Below, in pieces: positions 25,925 through 39,516 of a stretch of DNA of 64,000 nt (position 1 is its first letter; every line of letters begins with the position of its first letter). The notes under the pieces are model-generated. The model was not told the origin of the DNA. It made no database searches and was given only the letters and a program-made list of their open reading frames with translations. The translations under genes and the position numbers were made by a program. This DNA comes from Octopus bimaculoides (Eukaryota), in the NCBI RefSeq assembly GCF_001194135.2, contig NC_068996.1, positions 36,477,123 through 36,541,122 on the forward strand, written 5' to 3'.

Positions 25925-26570
25925 ACAGGTGTGGCTGTTAGAAAGAGGTCTGCTTTCTAACCACATGGTTTTGGGTTCAGTCACATTGTGTGGTACATTG
26001 TACAAGTATATTCTACTGTATCCCAGAGCTGACCAATGGCTTCTGAGTGGATTTCGTTGAGGGGAAATTGAAAGAAACTCATCGTATGTGTGCGTGTGTG
26101 TGTGCTTGTGTATATGTGTCCCACCACTTGACAACCAGTGTTGGTTTGTTTATATCCTCATAACTTAGCATTCAGCAAAAGTGACTGATAGAATAAAAAA
26201 AAACAAAGTAAAAAAAAGAAAAATAACATAAGTACTGGGACTGATTTATTCATTCAACTAAAAACCTTTCTGAGTGGTGCTCCAGTATGACCATAGTCCA
26301 GTGCCTGAAACAAGTAAAAGGTTAGAGATAAAATGATTAATCTATTGGTGTTTTATAATGATTTCAAATTTTTGCCACAAGGGCTGCTTGGTGGAAGGGG
26401 TTAAGTTGATTATGTCGACTCCAGTGCGTAACTGGTACTTATTTAATCAACCCCCAAAATGATGAAAGGCAAAGTCAACCTCAGTGGAATTTGAACTCTG
26501 CATGTAACAACGGGTGAAATACTGCTAAGCATTTCGTCCAGCACACTAATGATTCTGTCAGCTCACCGCT
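25925..26570. mobile_element. SINE family B (+, 25925-26325) and family A (-, ~26350-26570)
   Basis: gcaggtgtggctg...ccagtatgaccatagtccagtgcctgaaacaagtaaaag, then antisense family A ending ttctgtcagctcaccgc. Confidence 0.8.
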
Positions 26571-26798
26571 TTTTTTGGTGTTTTATAATGATTAAATATT
26601 TTTTTTTTATATGGCCAGATGCCCTTCCTGTCACCAACCCTCACCTGTTTCCAAGCAAAGTTATATTTTCCTTTTGGCCAGACATGTTTTTCTTGGTAGA
26701 CAGGAAACGAACATCATCACTTGTATAACAATGATGCATGTTTATAATCATCACTTGTATAACATTGATGCATGTTTATAATCATCACATGATTTGAA

Positions 26799-26914
<116 letters not shown>

Positions 26915-27328
26915 GGACTTTCAGTTTCTGAAATCCACTCACAAGGTTTTGATTAGCTTGGAGTTACAATAGAAGCCACTTGCTCAAGGTATCAAAGAGT
27001 GGGGTTGAATCCTGGACTACATGGTCTTCAATACTGAAGTTAGTAATAAAATTACGCAGTCTTACAATATCTTAGAGAATTCATGGGAAAAAAAAAGCTG
27101 TGTGAAGTGCGCAAATATTGTGAATTTGGTGAATATCACTGCTAGGAATATCTAGAAATCTTTGAGAAAAATTTTAGAATGTTACATTGGAAGGAGATCA
27201 AAAGTTCTTTGAATATGAGAAATTAAGTACCAGTGAAACACTGGGGTTGATGTAAAAACTAGTCCCCTCCCACAAAATATCAGGCCTTCTGCCTTTAACA
27301 GAAAGGTTTATTATTTGTTTTTTATTAA

Positions 27329-27910
27329 GGCGGTGAGCTGGCAGAATTGTTAGCGGCTGTGTGGTAAGTAGCTTGCTTACCAACAACATAGTTCTGGGCA
27401 AGTGTCTTCTACTATAGCCTCGGGCTGACCAAAACCTTGTGAGTGGATTTGGTAGACGGAAACTGAAAGAAGCCTGTTGTATATATGTTTATATATATGT
27501 ATGTGTGTGTATATGTTTGTGTGTCTGTGTTTGTCCCCCCCAACATCGCTTAACAACCGATGGTGGTGTGTTTACATGCCTGTAATGTAGCAGTTCGGCA
27601 AAACAGACCAATAGAATAAGTACTAGGCTTCTAAAGAATAAGTCCTGGGGTTGATTTCTTCAACTAAAGGTGATGCTCCAGCATGGCCACAGTCAAATGA
27701 CTGAAACGAGTAAAAGAGTATGCCAGGCAAAATGTTTAGCGGCATTTTGTCCATCTTTAAGTCGTTTGAGTTCAAATTCCGCTGAGGTTGACTTTGCCTT
27801 TCATCCTTTCAGGGTCGATAAAATAAGTACCAGTTGAACACTGGGGTCAATGTAATTGATTATTCCCTTTCCCAAAATTTCAGGCCTTCTGCTTTATAGT
27901 GGGAAGGATT
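27329..27910 (+). mobile_element. SINE family A with a family B copy nested at ~27355-27720
   Basis: The A head ggcggtgagctggcagaattgttagc is broken by ggctgtgtggtaagtagcttg...gactgaaacgagtaaaagagta. Family A then resumes tgccaggcaaaatgtttagcggc...agtaccagttgaacactggggtc. Confidence 0.9.
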
Positions 27911-29339
27911 ATCATTATTATTATTATTTTACATGACCACAGTCCATTGATGGAAATTAGGGAAAGAATTGGGGGAAGAAAAAAAAAGATTCTTGTATAT
28001 TATATTCAGAAACTCTATTTCTAGAATATCGTATCTTCATTAATATTCCTAAAATATTCTCTTTTATTTTTAATTAAAACTCTTCTGTGAGATTCAGTAA
28101 TTCCTTGAAAAACAGCTTGAAGCATCTCATTAGATTCCACTCTGACTCTCTTGAAACTTATACTTAACATCTGTTTCAATAACATACCAATTCCATTTCT
28201 ATTTTATTTGTTTTTTCCTTGTTTTGCTCATTTTATCATTATTATTATTATTATTATTTTAAATTTATTTTTTTTCATTCTGCTCCCTTGTTTGTTTGTT
28301 TGTCGTTATTGTTGCTTTTTATCTTATACTTGTTTTATTTGGTGAGTGTGTGTGTGTATATATAAACGTGGTGGTGGTGGTGGTGGCGATAGCAAGGGTG
28401 AGATGATGATGATGATGCTGACAATGATGGTAGTGGTGGTGGTGGTGGTGGTAGTGGCAATGGTAATAGTGATGGTGGCGATAGCAAGGGTGAGATGATG
28501 GTAGTAGTGGTAGTGGTGCTGGTATTAGGGGATGTTTCATTTTCGCATATTTTCATGAGATAGAACTAGGCTTTATAAGGCACATTCGGTTGCATGCTTA
28601 AATAATTTCTTTTCTCCCATCTGTTTCTCTTCAGGAGCAAAACCAACTTTAATAAGGAACACCACCCAATATTTCCAGCATCCTGATTAAACCAAACTAC
28701 ACATATATGTGTGTGTATGTGTGTGTTTGTGTATATATGGTGCATAGTTATGAAGAATGGAATTTATTAAATAATAAATCTAATGCTGTTTAGATAAATT
28801 TTGGCAATGATTTCTGCTACCGTTAGCCATTTGCCATACACTAAACTGATATAGTTTTTTTTTGTGGTGGTGGTAGTGGTGGGAGGAGAAGTTGCTTCTA
28901 TTAGTAAGTAGTGTTGGTGTTTTAGTGGTGGTGGTGGTGGTAGTGGCTTATTAATAACATTAATTAACTTTTGTAATTATTATAATACTGATTCTGATAG
29001 AGTTAATATGATGTTGATAGGTAATGTGTATGATGAGTAAGACTAGCATTCGTTGGGGGGGGGGCGATTGTCATCGTTGTCATTATTGTCATTGCTATTA
29101 TCGTCACCACCACCACTGCCAACACCACCATCACCATGACCATTATCATAACCATCACTATCATCATCATCAACAGCATTGTAACTAATAACTCATCATC
29201 GCTATCATCATTGTCATCATCATCATCATCACATTTATGCCATCGCCGCTATCACTATTATCAATTTCACAATTACTGTTATTATTACCATCAAAATCAT
29301 ACCACCATCATCAGTCATACACCAGTATCATCATCATCA

Positions 29340-29520
29340 TCATCATCATCACCACCACCACCACCATTACAACCATCACCACCACCATTACAACCATCAC
29401 CACCACCATTACAACCATCACCACCACCATTACAACCATCACCACCACCATTACAACCATCACCACCACCATTACAACCATCACCACCACCATTACAACC
29501 ATCACCACCACTATTACAAT
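29340..29520. repeat. Near-perfect 21-bp minisatellite (accattacaaccatcaccacc) x~8
   Basis: Directly visible, embedded in a (CAT/CAC)n field at 29090-29520. Confidence 0.95.
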
Positions 29521-30461
29521 AGTCTGTGGATATTGTTTCACTGGACAATGATATATTCATCAGTTCAACGATATATTTTGTCTATTTACAACTGCCTTGT
29601 TTTGATGAGGTTCTCCCTCCCTCCTTCCCTCACGTGACATTCATACTTCTATTACATCTACCTTCTGTCTGTCTGTCTGTCTGTCTGTCTCAAGCTATCA
29701 CCACTCGCCATCTCACTAATCCCTGTATGAGAAAGGATGTGTGTGTGTGTGTATGTGTATAGATGTTGGTGTGTATCATCATCATCATCATCATCATTTA
29801 GTGTCCATTTTCCATGTCTGGCATGAGTGTGTGTATGTATATATATATATATNNNNNNNNNNNNNNNNNNNNNNNNNNNNNNNNNNNNNNNNNNNNNNNN
29901 NNNNNNNNNNNNNNNNNNNNNNNNNNNNNNNNNNNNNNNNNNNNNNNNNNNNTATATATATTAAGAGAGAGAGATTTATATTTATATATGATAGTGTGAT
30001 AGTGTGTAAACATGTTTTTATAGTGTATATGTATATACAGGAGATCTTCATGTATGTGTACGTGTGAGTATATATATATGTATATGTAATGAACGTGTGT
30101 GTCTATGTAGAGATATATATGTATATCTATGATAGTGTATAAGCATATTTTTATAGCATGAGTATGTGTATGTATATGTATATACGTGTATGTATGTGTG
30201 TGTGTGTGTGCATGTATTTCTATATATATGTTTATAGATACGCTTGTGCATCTGATCTATATGGATATAATTCTAGTGAATATCTGCAACCAAGATGATT
30301 CATCAATTTCTCCCCNNNNNNNNNNNNNNNNNNNNNNNNNNNNNNNNNNNNNNNNNNNNNNNNNNNNNNNNNNNNNNNNNNNNNNNNNNNNNNNNNNNNN
30401 NNNNNNNNNNNNNCACTCACACACCTTGTTCTAACCAATGCCATCCTTTTCATTCTTTTTC

Positions 30462-30496
<35 letters not shown>

Positions 30497-33407
30497 TCCT
30501 TCCTTGTTTATTATTTTATTAATCTTTGAATATTCCAACAAACTCAAACACAAAATATATTTTCCTTAATTTTGCAATTTTTTCTTTTTTCTTTTTTTTT
30601 TGTTCTTATTCCATATTTTCAACACAAATTCTTTACATATTTCCAAATTGAATCTGCTGCTTTGCGTAGTACAAAAATTATTCCAATCTATCTCTGCTAT
30701 TTATCTCCAGTCCTGACAATTGTGTCATGGAGACGAGAGAGATCATTGCTCTGTCGGTGTTGTTGTTGTTGTTTAACCCTGAGATTGTTCTTATGAAGCT
30801 GACCAACTATCAGTGCCATTCCAACCATGGTTGTTCATTTACTTGGATATAGTATATTTAGAGCCACGTTTTGGAATCATTCTCTTTATTTCTCTCTCTC
30901 TTTCTTTCTTTCTCTAAGATAACAATAATGTGTGGTTTGAGGGAGATTTGGTTGCTATTTCTAGCAGCTCAAGTAACTCTTTACAAAACACCTTCTTTGA
31001 TTTGTTGTTGTTGATGTTGTTATTGCTGTGATAACCTTAGGTCAGATTGATTTACGTATAGTGTTGCTGTTATTGCTGCTCGCCTTTCTACTCTTGGAAT
31101 CACAGAATACAATATAAAAACAGACTGGATGAAATACCTTTGGCTGTAGTTGGCCAATCCAAAATTCAAGCATAGAAAATCCTGTCTCAGTTTTCTCCCT
31201 TGCATTATGGGGAATAATTGTCTTTAACGCTTGTGGCTTTTTTAAAGTATAATTTTAATTTCAATTGATTAAATATATTTTCGACTTGCCAACTTATGTA
31301 TTGTAGCCTGCATCCAACTATCAAAAGAATAGTTGAGCTTCCTTGAATAAAAAATAGTGGTTGTAAATGTTGTTTAACCCTGGGTCACTCTGATACAGTA
31401 CACCTACGACCAATAGTATTTTTGCCTTGACCATCTTGTTTCGTTTTCTTTTTCCTTTCTCCTTTTTCTTTTGTATATGCATTTGTTGTGTTTTTCCTTT
31501 TCTACGTTTTTGAAGTTATGAAAAAGATATGGTTGCTATCCTGCTATCTGTTGCAAACCAAATCACTGCAAAAAGGTTCCATCTTTGGCTCACATGCTGT
31601 TGGTTCTAGGTTACAGGAACTTTTGATATATTCATGACAATACAGTTCTGTTTCTCCTTAAAAATCAGTGCAATGCAGACTCCATTGTGTAATGGTACTG
31701 CTTGGAAAGATGGCACTTCATTTCTAAGAATGGCCATGCTTCTCCTACAATTTGTATAATACTCAGTTTTTCACAGCTTAGACTCTTGAAAATATTTGGC
31801 AGCCTGACAATGGTGTAATGTACAGAATACTAGCACTTTCACTACAGGTTCACCAAAGGAAGATTTTTTTTCCCATTCAGTTTCCATCTGATATATGTAA
31901 TATTAATGAAAGTGTGGTTGAAATGAATACAAGTTTTTTTCAAAAACCGCAGGCTGTTTGTGATTATTGCTGTTCATATTCTTATTTTGTAGTGTTGCAA
32001 TAATTCCACATTAATAAAAATCTGTTGGTGGAATATTCCAGTAAAATTATTCCTTTCATTAAACACAGCAGATCAGGTAGCTGCTGTTAGCCTCTGGGGG
32101 GAAACAAACTAAAAAATATTTACATGTAGACAATGTTTAAACAATTATTCAAAATTGTTTGCGTTCTTCAGAACAAACTAAAACATCCAAGTGATTAAAA
32201 TGTTTGATATCTGCATTGTGTGTGTGTGTGTGTGTGGTATTGTGATGAATGTGTTTAGTATTTTGTGATGATTGTGATGCATATAGTGTATATAGGTATC
32301 GTGTATGTATTTTGTTGTTTTGGTGTGTGTGTGTGTGTTATGTACTGTATTTCTGTGTCATGTGATGTGTATATGTGATGTAGTGTACATGTGTGTGTGA
32401 AGTGTTGTTGCAATGAATGCATGTGTGTATGTATGTGTATAGTATATGAAGTGTTATGTGTGTGTATTTTACTGCACGCGTTTCTTGCGCATTGTGTATA
32501 TATTATGCAGTATGTGTGTGTATGCTTGTGTAGTAGTATTCCTATGCATACACATNNNNNNNNNNNNNNNNNNNNNNNNNNNNNNNNNNNNNNNNNNNNN
32601 NNNNNNNNNNNNNNNNNNNNNNNNNNNNNNNNNNNNNNNNNNNNNNNNNNNNNNNNNNNNNNNNNNNNNNNNNNNNNNNNNNNNNNNNNNNNNNNNNNNN
32701 NNNNNNNNNNNNNNNNNNNNNNNNNNNNNNNNNNNNNNNNNNNNNNNNNNNNNNNNNNNNNNNNNNNNNNNNNNNNNNNNNNNNNNNNNNNNNNNNNNNN
32801 NNNNNNNNNNNNNNNNNNNNNNNNNNNNNNNNNNNNNNNNNNNNNNNNNNNNNNNNNNNNNNNNNNNNNNNNNNNNNNNNNNNNNNNNNNNNNNNNNNNN
32901 NNNNNNNNNNNNNNNNNNNNNNNNNNNNNNNNNNNNNNNNNNNNNNNNNNNNNNNNNNNNNNNNNNNNNNNNNNNNNNNNNNNNNNNNNNNNNNNNNNNN
33001 NNNNNNNNNNNNNNNNNNNNNNNNNNNNNNNNNNNNNNNNNNNNNNNNNNNNNNNNNNNNNNNNNNNNNNNNNNNNNNNNNNNNNNNNNNNNNNNNNNNN
33101 NNNNNNNNNNNNNNNNNNNNNNNNNNNNNNNNNNNNNNNNNNNNNNNNNNNNNNNNNNNNNNNNNNNNNNNNNNNNNNNNNNNNNNNNNNNNNNNNNNNN
33201 NNNNNNNNNNNNNNNNNNNNNNNNNNNNNNNNNNNNNNNNNNNNNNNNNNNNNNNNNNNNNNNNNNNNNNNNNNNNNNNNNNNNNNNNNNNNNNNNNNNN
33301 NNNNNNNNNNNNNNNNNNNNNNNNNNNNNNNNNNNNNNNNNNNNNNNNNNNNNNNNNNNNNNNNNNNNNNNNNNNNNNNNNNNNNNNNNNNNNNNNNNNN
33401 NNNNNNN

Positions 33408-33461
<54 letters not shown>

Positions 33462-33763
33462 TACATACACTCTCTCTCACACACATGCTCACATTCATAT
33501 ACACATACACATAAAGTGTTGGCTATGTCGCCTCACTTTATGGCTGATAGTGTATAGCTAAGTTTATGTCAGTACACACGCACACACATACATATACATG
33601 TTCACACACATACACATTCATGTACACACACACACTCTACAGACTCAAGGAACCTATAACATCTGTCTATATAAATCTATATAATTTCTTTCTAAATATA
33701 AATCAATTTTTTTCTGTGTTTTTCATTATCAGTGATTTCCTTCTCATTGTTATCTATGGTGGC

Positions 33764-33809
<46 letters not shown>

Positions 33810-33825
<16 letters not shown>

Positions 33826-34900
33826 TCTGCCAGCTTGACTCTGGATGACTTGTTAGCCTACCAGACAAAATGCTTAGCAGTATTTTGTCCACCTTTGCAT
33901 TCTGAGTTCAAACTCTGCCAAGGTCAACTTTGCCTTTCATCTTTTAGAGTCGTTGAATATAAGTACCAGTCAACCACTGGAGTTAATGTAATCGACTAGA
34001 CCTTTCTTCCAAAATTTCAGGCCTTGTGCCTATTTTAGAAAGAATTATTATTATGGTGGCAAGCTAGCAGAATCATTAGCACACCAGGCAAAATGCTTAG
34101 TGGCATTGCAGCCAATCTCTATGTTCTCGGTTCAAATTCCACTGAGGTCAGCTTTGACTTTCATCCTTTCAGGTTCAATAAAATAAGCACCAGTTGAACA
34201 TTGGGGATCGATATAATTGAATTACCCACTCTGGCAGAATTTGAACTCAGGATGTAAAGAACTAGAAATATAACTGTTTCGCCTGACAGAATCGTTAGCA
34301 CACCGGGCGAAATGCTTAGCGGTATTTCATCTGTCTTTATACGTTCTGAGTTCAAATTCCGCCGAGGTCAACTTTGTCTTCCATCCTTTTGGGGTCGATA
34401 AATTAAGTACCAGGTATGCACTGGGGTCGATGTAATTGACTTAATCCCTTTGTCTGTCCTTGTTTGTCCCCTCTATGTTTAGCCCCTTGTGGGCAATAAA
34501 GAAATAAGAAATATAACTTTCCATTATAGGCACAAGGCCTAAAAGTCTTACAAAGTTGACTTTGTCTTCCATCATCCTTTCAGGGTTGATAAAATAAGTA
34601 CCAGTTGAACACTTTGGTTGATGTAATTGATTGACACCATCCCCCTCCCCACCAGAATCGCTGGCTGTGTATCAAAATTTGAAGCCATTATTATAGTGAT
34701 AAATTATCAAGGTGTGCACAGGTAGAATCATAAACACCTTTGACAAAATGCTTTGCAGTATCCCTTCCAACTCTACATTCTGAACTCAAATCCTGCTTAA
34801 GTCGAAACTTTGACTTTTGTCCTTTCAGGGCCAATAAAATAAGGTACTGGTTGAGTTTTGTGGTCGATGTAGCTGATTGGCTTTGTGCCAAAATTAGAAA
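33810..34900 (+). mobile_element. Head-to-tail cluster of about 5 family A SINE copies
   Basis: The core ttctgagttcaaatt...actttgcctttcatcc...aagtaccag recurs at ~33900, 34125, 34345, 34555 and 34780. Confidence 0.9.
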
Positions 34901-35145
34901 GAATTTTTCACTTCATCTGGCTGCAGTCATTGGTCTGTAATCATATGAAGACTTGCATTAATTATATTGACAGTAGGCCTTAGTCTGTGAAATCATGTGA
35001 TCTAGTGGTTAGTGTGCTTGAATCACAATCATAAAGTGCTTCTAGGATTGGTCAGCACATTGTGCTCTTGAACAAGACACTTCAGTTTTAGCTTGCTCCT
35101 AGTTGGAATAGGTACCAGGTGAATACACATGCAGCCTTCTCCCCC

Positions 35146-35182
<37 letters not shown>

Positions 35183-35192
35183 NNNNNNNNNN

Positions 35193-35241
<49 letters not shown>

Positions 35242-36049
35242 AACTGTTATATCTTCATTGTTCCACTGAGTCAAAGATGGGAGTGCCCAGATGATGCCTC
35301 TGCCCAGTCAAGACATCGAAAGCATTTAGCAAATTCATGGGGCATATTACAAAGGTGTATTCACTCACAAGTGGTAGCTGGCTGTGCTTTTTCAGGCCTT
35401 GGTCTGGCCCTTAAGTTATCTGTGTCTATATGTACGTGCATGTGCATTTGCTCAGACCAGAAGTTCTCAACCATTGCTCCCAGGTCTGCATGTGGCCTTC
35501 AAGCATCCTTCCAGTGGCCCCTGGTGGTCTTCACTCTATAAATATAGTAAATTTTTCTTTAATTGACTTATGCTTTACTTTTTTTTTTGGTGCAGCCCCA
35601 TAAAAATTTTTTTTTTAAATCTAGGTTTGGGATCTGACCCAGATATTCAAAATGTCAAGGGCTGCTAGCTCAGACAGTCCAGTTGTGGCAGAAGAGGATG
35701 AAGCACTTTGGAAATTACACAATGGTCCTTTTCAAAAGTTCCACATTTTCTTGTGTATTCCACTGTAAAGAATCTTTGGTTGAAATACTAGTCTTGGATT
35801 TACTGCCTTATACAATGCTCCAAGTTCAAATCTTTTTCAGCTGATTCATTCAGCCATAAATAACAACAGTATACTGTGGCCATTTGAATCCGAGATGATA
35901 CTGGGATGTTGCTGGCCATGCTAAATAGTATTTGAATCCAGCCATACCAGTCCTGTAGAAATTACTTTCATGTGAATTTTCAACTATTCTATATTTGAGT
36001 TTATTTTTTAGATACACCACTAAGGATCTACTTGAGGGCTGTCATGGTT

Positions 36050-37262
36050 ATATTCAAATATATTACCATTTTATGTCTGATTCTATTTAACTACATCACC
36101 ATTCTATAGCTAGATTTTATTTAAATACACAATCAAGGGGCTGTATGTGGATTCCATTTAAATATATATTATCAGCAGATTTTAACTAAATAACTGGATT
36201 TAAATAAATAACAGTGTTCCATGTGGGTTCTAGAAGTGTGTTTCATTTAAATAAGTTGGTATTCTGTCTCTGGGTTCCATTTAAATACCCAAGTATTTTA
36301 TTAATTTGTTCTATATTCAGTATAAGTATTATTACCATAGCAACACTGAGTTTTAATTTAGCATACCATCATTTCTATATCAAAATTTAACATTCTTTCT
36401 TTCTTTTCCATAGAAAAAAACAGAATAGATATTCTTAGCTTCAGCAAGTCTCCAGTCTTTTAAATTAAATTAATGTCAGCAGCGTTATATTTGAAATGTG
36501 ACGGCGCATGGCTCACTGGCTAGAGCATCGAGCTTACGACTGTGAGGTTGTGAGTTCGAATCCTGGACTGGGCTGCGTGTTGTGTTCTTGAGCAAGACAC
36601 TTTATTTCACATTGCTCCAGTTCACTCAGTTGTAGAAATGAGTTGCGACGTCACTGGTGCCAAGCTGTATCAGCCTTTGCCTTTCCCTTGGATAACATCA
36701 GTGGTGTGGAGAGGGGAGACCGGTATGCATGGGTGACTGCTGGTCGTCCATAACCAACCTTGCCCGAACTTGTGCCTCGGAGGGTAACTTTCTAGGTGCA
36801 ATCCCATAGTCATTCATGCCCGAAGGGGGTCTCAGCATATATATTTGAAAGTGGGTTTTTTCTAGAATATTAAAACTACTTTAAATATTTGACAATCTCC
36901 CGATTCTATTTCAAATACTTCAAAATACATTGAATTATTTAATAACAATAATAACGATGATGATAATGATAAGGATAATAATGATAATTATAACAATAAT
37001 AATAATAATAATCTTGATTGCATCATAATATTTATTTGATAGTTTCCATTATTGCATACACTTATCTGTTCTCTCAGAGTATACTCAAGCAGCTGTCTTC
37101 TCTGAATATAGTCATAATTCTAACTTACCAGGAACCACTTCATATTTAGTAATTATGGAAACAATGAGACTGTAGTATTCAGACTTCGTTGACCAAAATG
37201 TGGGAAAAAAAAACTCAAAACATGGGAAGCGCTGCTTAGCTTGGTTCTCAGGAGATTCAAGG
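36050..37262 (-). other. Segment A of a diverged inverted duplication (partner 53330-54185); contains candidate ATG and 5' splice site
   Basis: The reverse complement aligns by eye with 53330-54185, e.g. ttgtttccataattactaaatatgaagtggttcctggtaagttagaattatgact is identical over 55 bp and the flanks are clearly diverged. Confidence 0.9.
36497..36832 (+). mobile_element. Full-length tRNA-head SINE, family C, with long TSD
   Basis: A-box-like tggctcactggctagagc and B-box-like gagttcgaatcc. TSD cagcgttatatttgaaa (36480-36496) / cagcatatatatttgaaa (36833-36850). The paralogous segment at ~53720-53740 shows the empty site. Confidence 0.92.
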
Positions 37263-37772
37263 TGAATAATTAATGCAAATGAGAATGCGTTGTCTACAAT
37301 GGAGTCCGATACATCGACATAACATGAACTGAATACCTCAATGAAAAATATGCAAGTATTAGGAGATGTTTTTTTCTCCCGTGAGACAACAAATGTCTTG
37401 TCTACAACTGGACTTGTAGATACTACATTGGCCTGCGTAGTCACATGTGCGTCCACAGGAATTAAATCTGATGGACAATCAACCTCAATCCCAAGGGATT
37501 GCTAACAGCAGTGTGAAAATGTGTGCGTGTGAGTGTGTGCGTGCACGTGCATGTGCGTGTGTGTGTTCAGCATGAAGAAGTCAGCAGTCGACTGGCTGCA
37601 CAGTCAGGTGGTGAGCAAGCATGTGTAAAATGGTGGGAAGGAGGGGAGAAAAAAATTAACAATGAGGTATTGGTCACAGTTGAGAAATAGTGTATGTGTG
37701 CATGTATGTGTACGTTTATCATTTATATATATATGTGTGTGTGTGTATCTATCTGTTTATATATATATGTAC

Positions 37773-37820
<48 letters not shown>

Positions 37821-38116
37821 NNNNNNNNNNNNNNNNNNNNNNNNNNNNNNNNNNNNNNNNNNNNNNNNNNNNNNNNNNNNNNNNNNNNNNNNNNNNNNNN
37901 NNNNNNNNNNNNNNNNNNNNNNNNNNNNNNNNNNNNNNNNNNNNNNNNNNNNNNNNNNNNNNNNNNNNNNNNNNNNNNNNNNNNNNNNNNNNNNNNNNNN
38001 NNNNNNNNNNNNNNNNNNNNNNNNNNNNNNNNNNNNNNNNNNNNNNNNNNNNNNNNNNNNNNNNNNNNNNNNNNNNNNNNNNNNNNNNNNNNNNNNNNNN
38101 NNNNNNNNNNNNNNNN

Positions 38117-38160
<44 letters not shown>

Positions 38161-38365
38161 GTACATATATATGTGTATATATATATATGTATGTGTTTGT
38201 ATATATGTCTATCTGTCTATCTATATATATCTATCTATACACACACACACACACACAGAAGCTTTGAAATTTTTCATGCGTTTGTATTGATCACTTGAGT
38301 GTTTAACTCAAGAAAATCAAAAACATTCAAACATACTCTTTACACACACACACACACACACACAC

Positions 38366-38407
<42 letters not shown>

Positions 38408-39393
38408 ATATATATACACACATACAAATACATATATATACATACATAAGCATACACATACATTCACATACTTGCATATATATGTATATGTGTGTATCAT
38501 CATTGCTTTATATCAGATTTTTGTACTGGTATGGGTTGAAGAGTCTAAATTAGTTCTTAATTGGAATTATTGCTTACCTAGATGGTTTAGTCAATGACAT
38601 TGTGCTTACCTATTTCAAATACACACACACACAGACACATACACATGCAAGTGTGCACATAGTGAAGTCCCAATTAACTGGATCTTTATCATAAATTTGA
38701 CTTCACTCTTAATATGAAATCACTCATTTGTAAATCTTCAGGTGTTATATTTAAGTTCTTTAAAACAACATTATTTGAACACATGTGTACACACACACAC
38801 ACACACTCACACACACAATAGCTGAGGATGTAACAATGTTACCACAAATGAAACATAAATTTAGTTCATATTGTGTATTTTTTTCAGACAGACAATGAAC
38901 CTCACTAACTTTTAAAAGTTAGTTATTGAGAAGACCATAAAAATTGCTGAAATTAATGAGAAAGATATTTATGAATTGTTATTAATAGATTTACTAGTTT
39001 TATATTTAGACCAAATCTTTGCACTTGTATTCTGTTATAATTTGGGTGGTGTTTTGCTATAGGACTAAGACACCGGATAACAATGTTGGAAAGTTGAATT
39101 TTGCAAACATACAGTCAGCCAAAATTTTGGAACAGTTTTTAAAAACTGAAATTGTCCAATATATGCTCCAACCAAATATAACTTAGGGTATTTAATATAA
39201 AAATTCTAATTTTCAGGCCTATATTCCAAACTTCTGGCCACAACTGCATAGACAACATGCAACAATTCTTAAGCCATATTTGTGAATATATGAATACAAA
39301 CTTTTGGAGCTGTACTCACACACATTAATGCATATTGCTATATATACATACATACATATACATACACATAAATATACATACATATACATACAC

Positions 39394-39444
<51 letters not shown>

Positions 39445-39516
39445 TACATATCCACATGCACACACTTGATAAGATTACAAGTTTCCTTGAGTTTTTTTTT
39501 TGTTTTAAACCAGTTC

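Noticed and set aside
35790-35962. Minus-strand acceptor at ~35962 as exon 2 (DWYGWIQILFSMAS...)
   Set aside because: Lies in a degenerate ggattcaaat repeat tract, has no clear counterpart in the paralog, and does not extend a signal peptide.
36497-36570. tRNA-like sequence with A and B boxes (also family A and B heads, ~34990 and ~60580)
   Set aside because: Continues into a SINE body with TSDs and no intact cloverleaf or acceptor stem; these are SINE heads, not tRNA genes.
39063-39186. Plus-strand frame after gttttgctatag| (TKTPDNNVGKLNFANIQSAKILEQFLKTEIVQYMLQPNIT*)
   Set aside because: Protein-like but only 40 codons, with no recognisable family and no supporting upstream exon.
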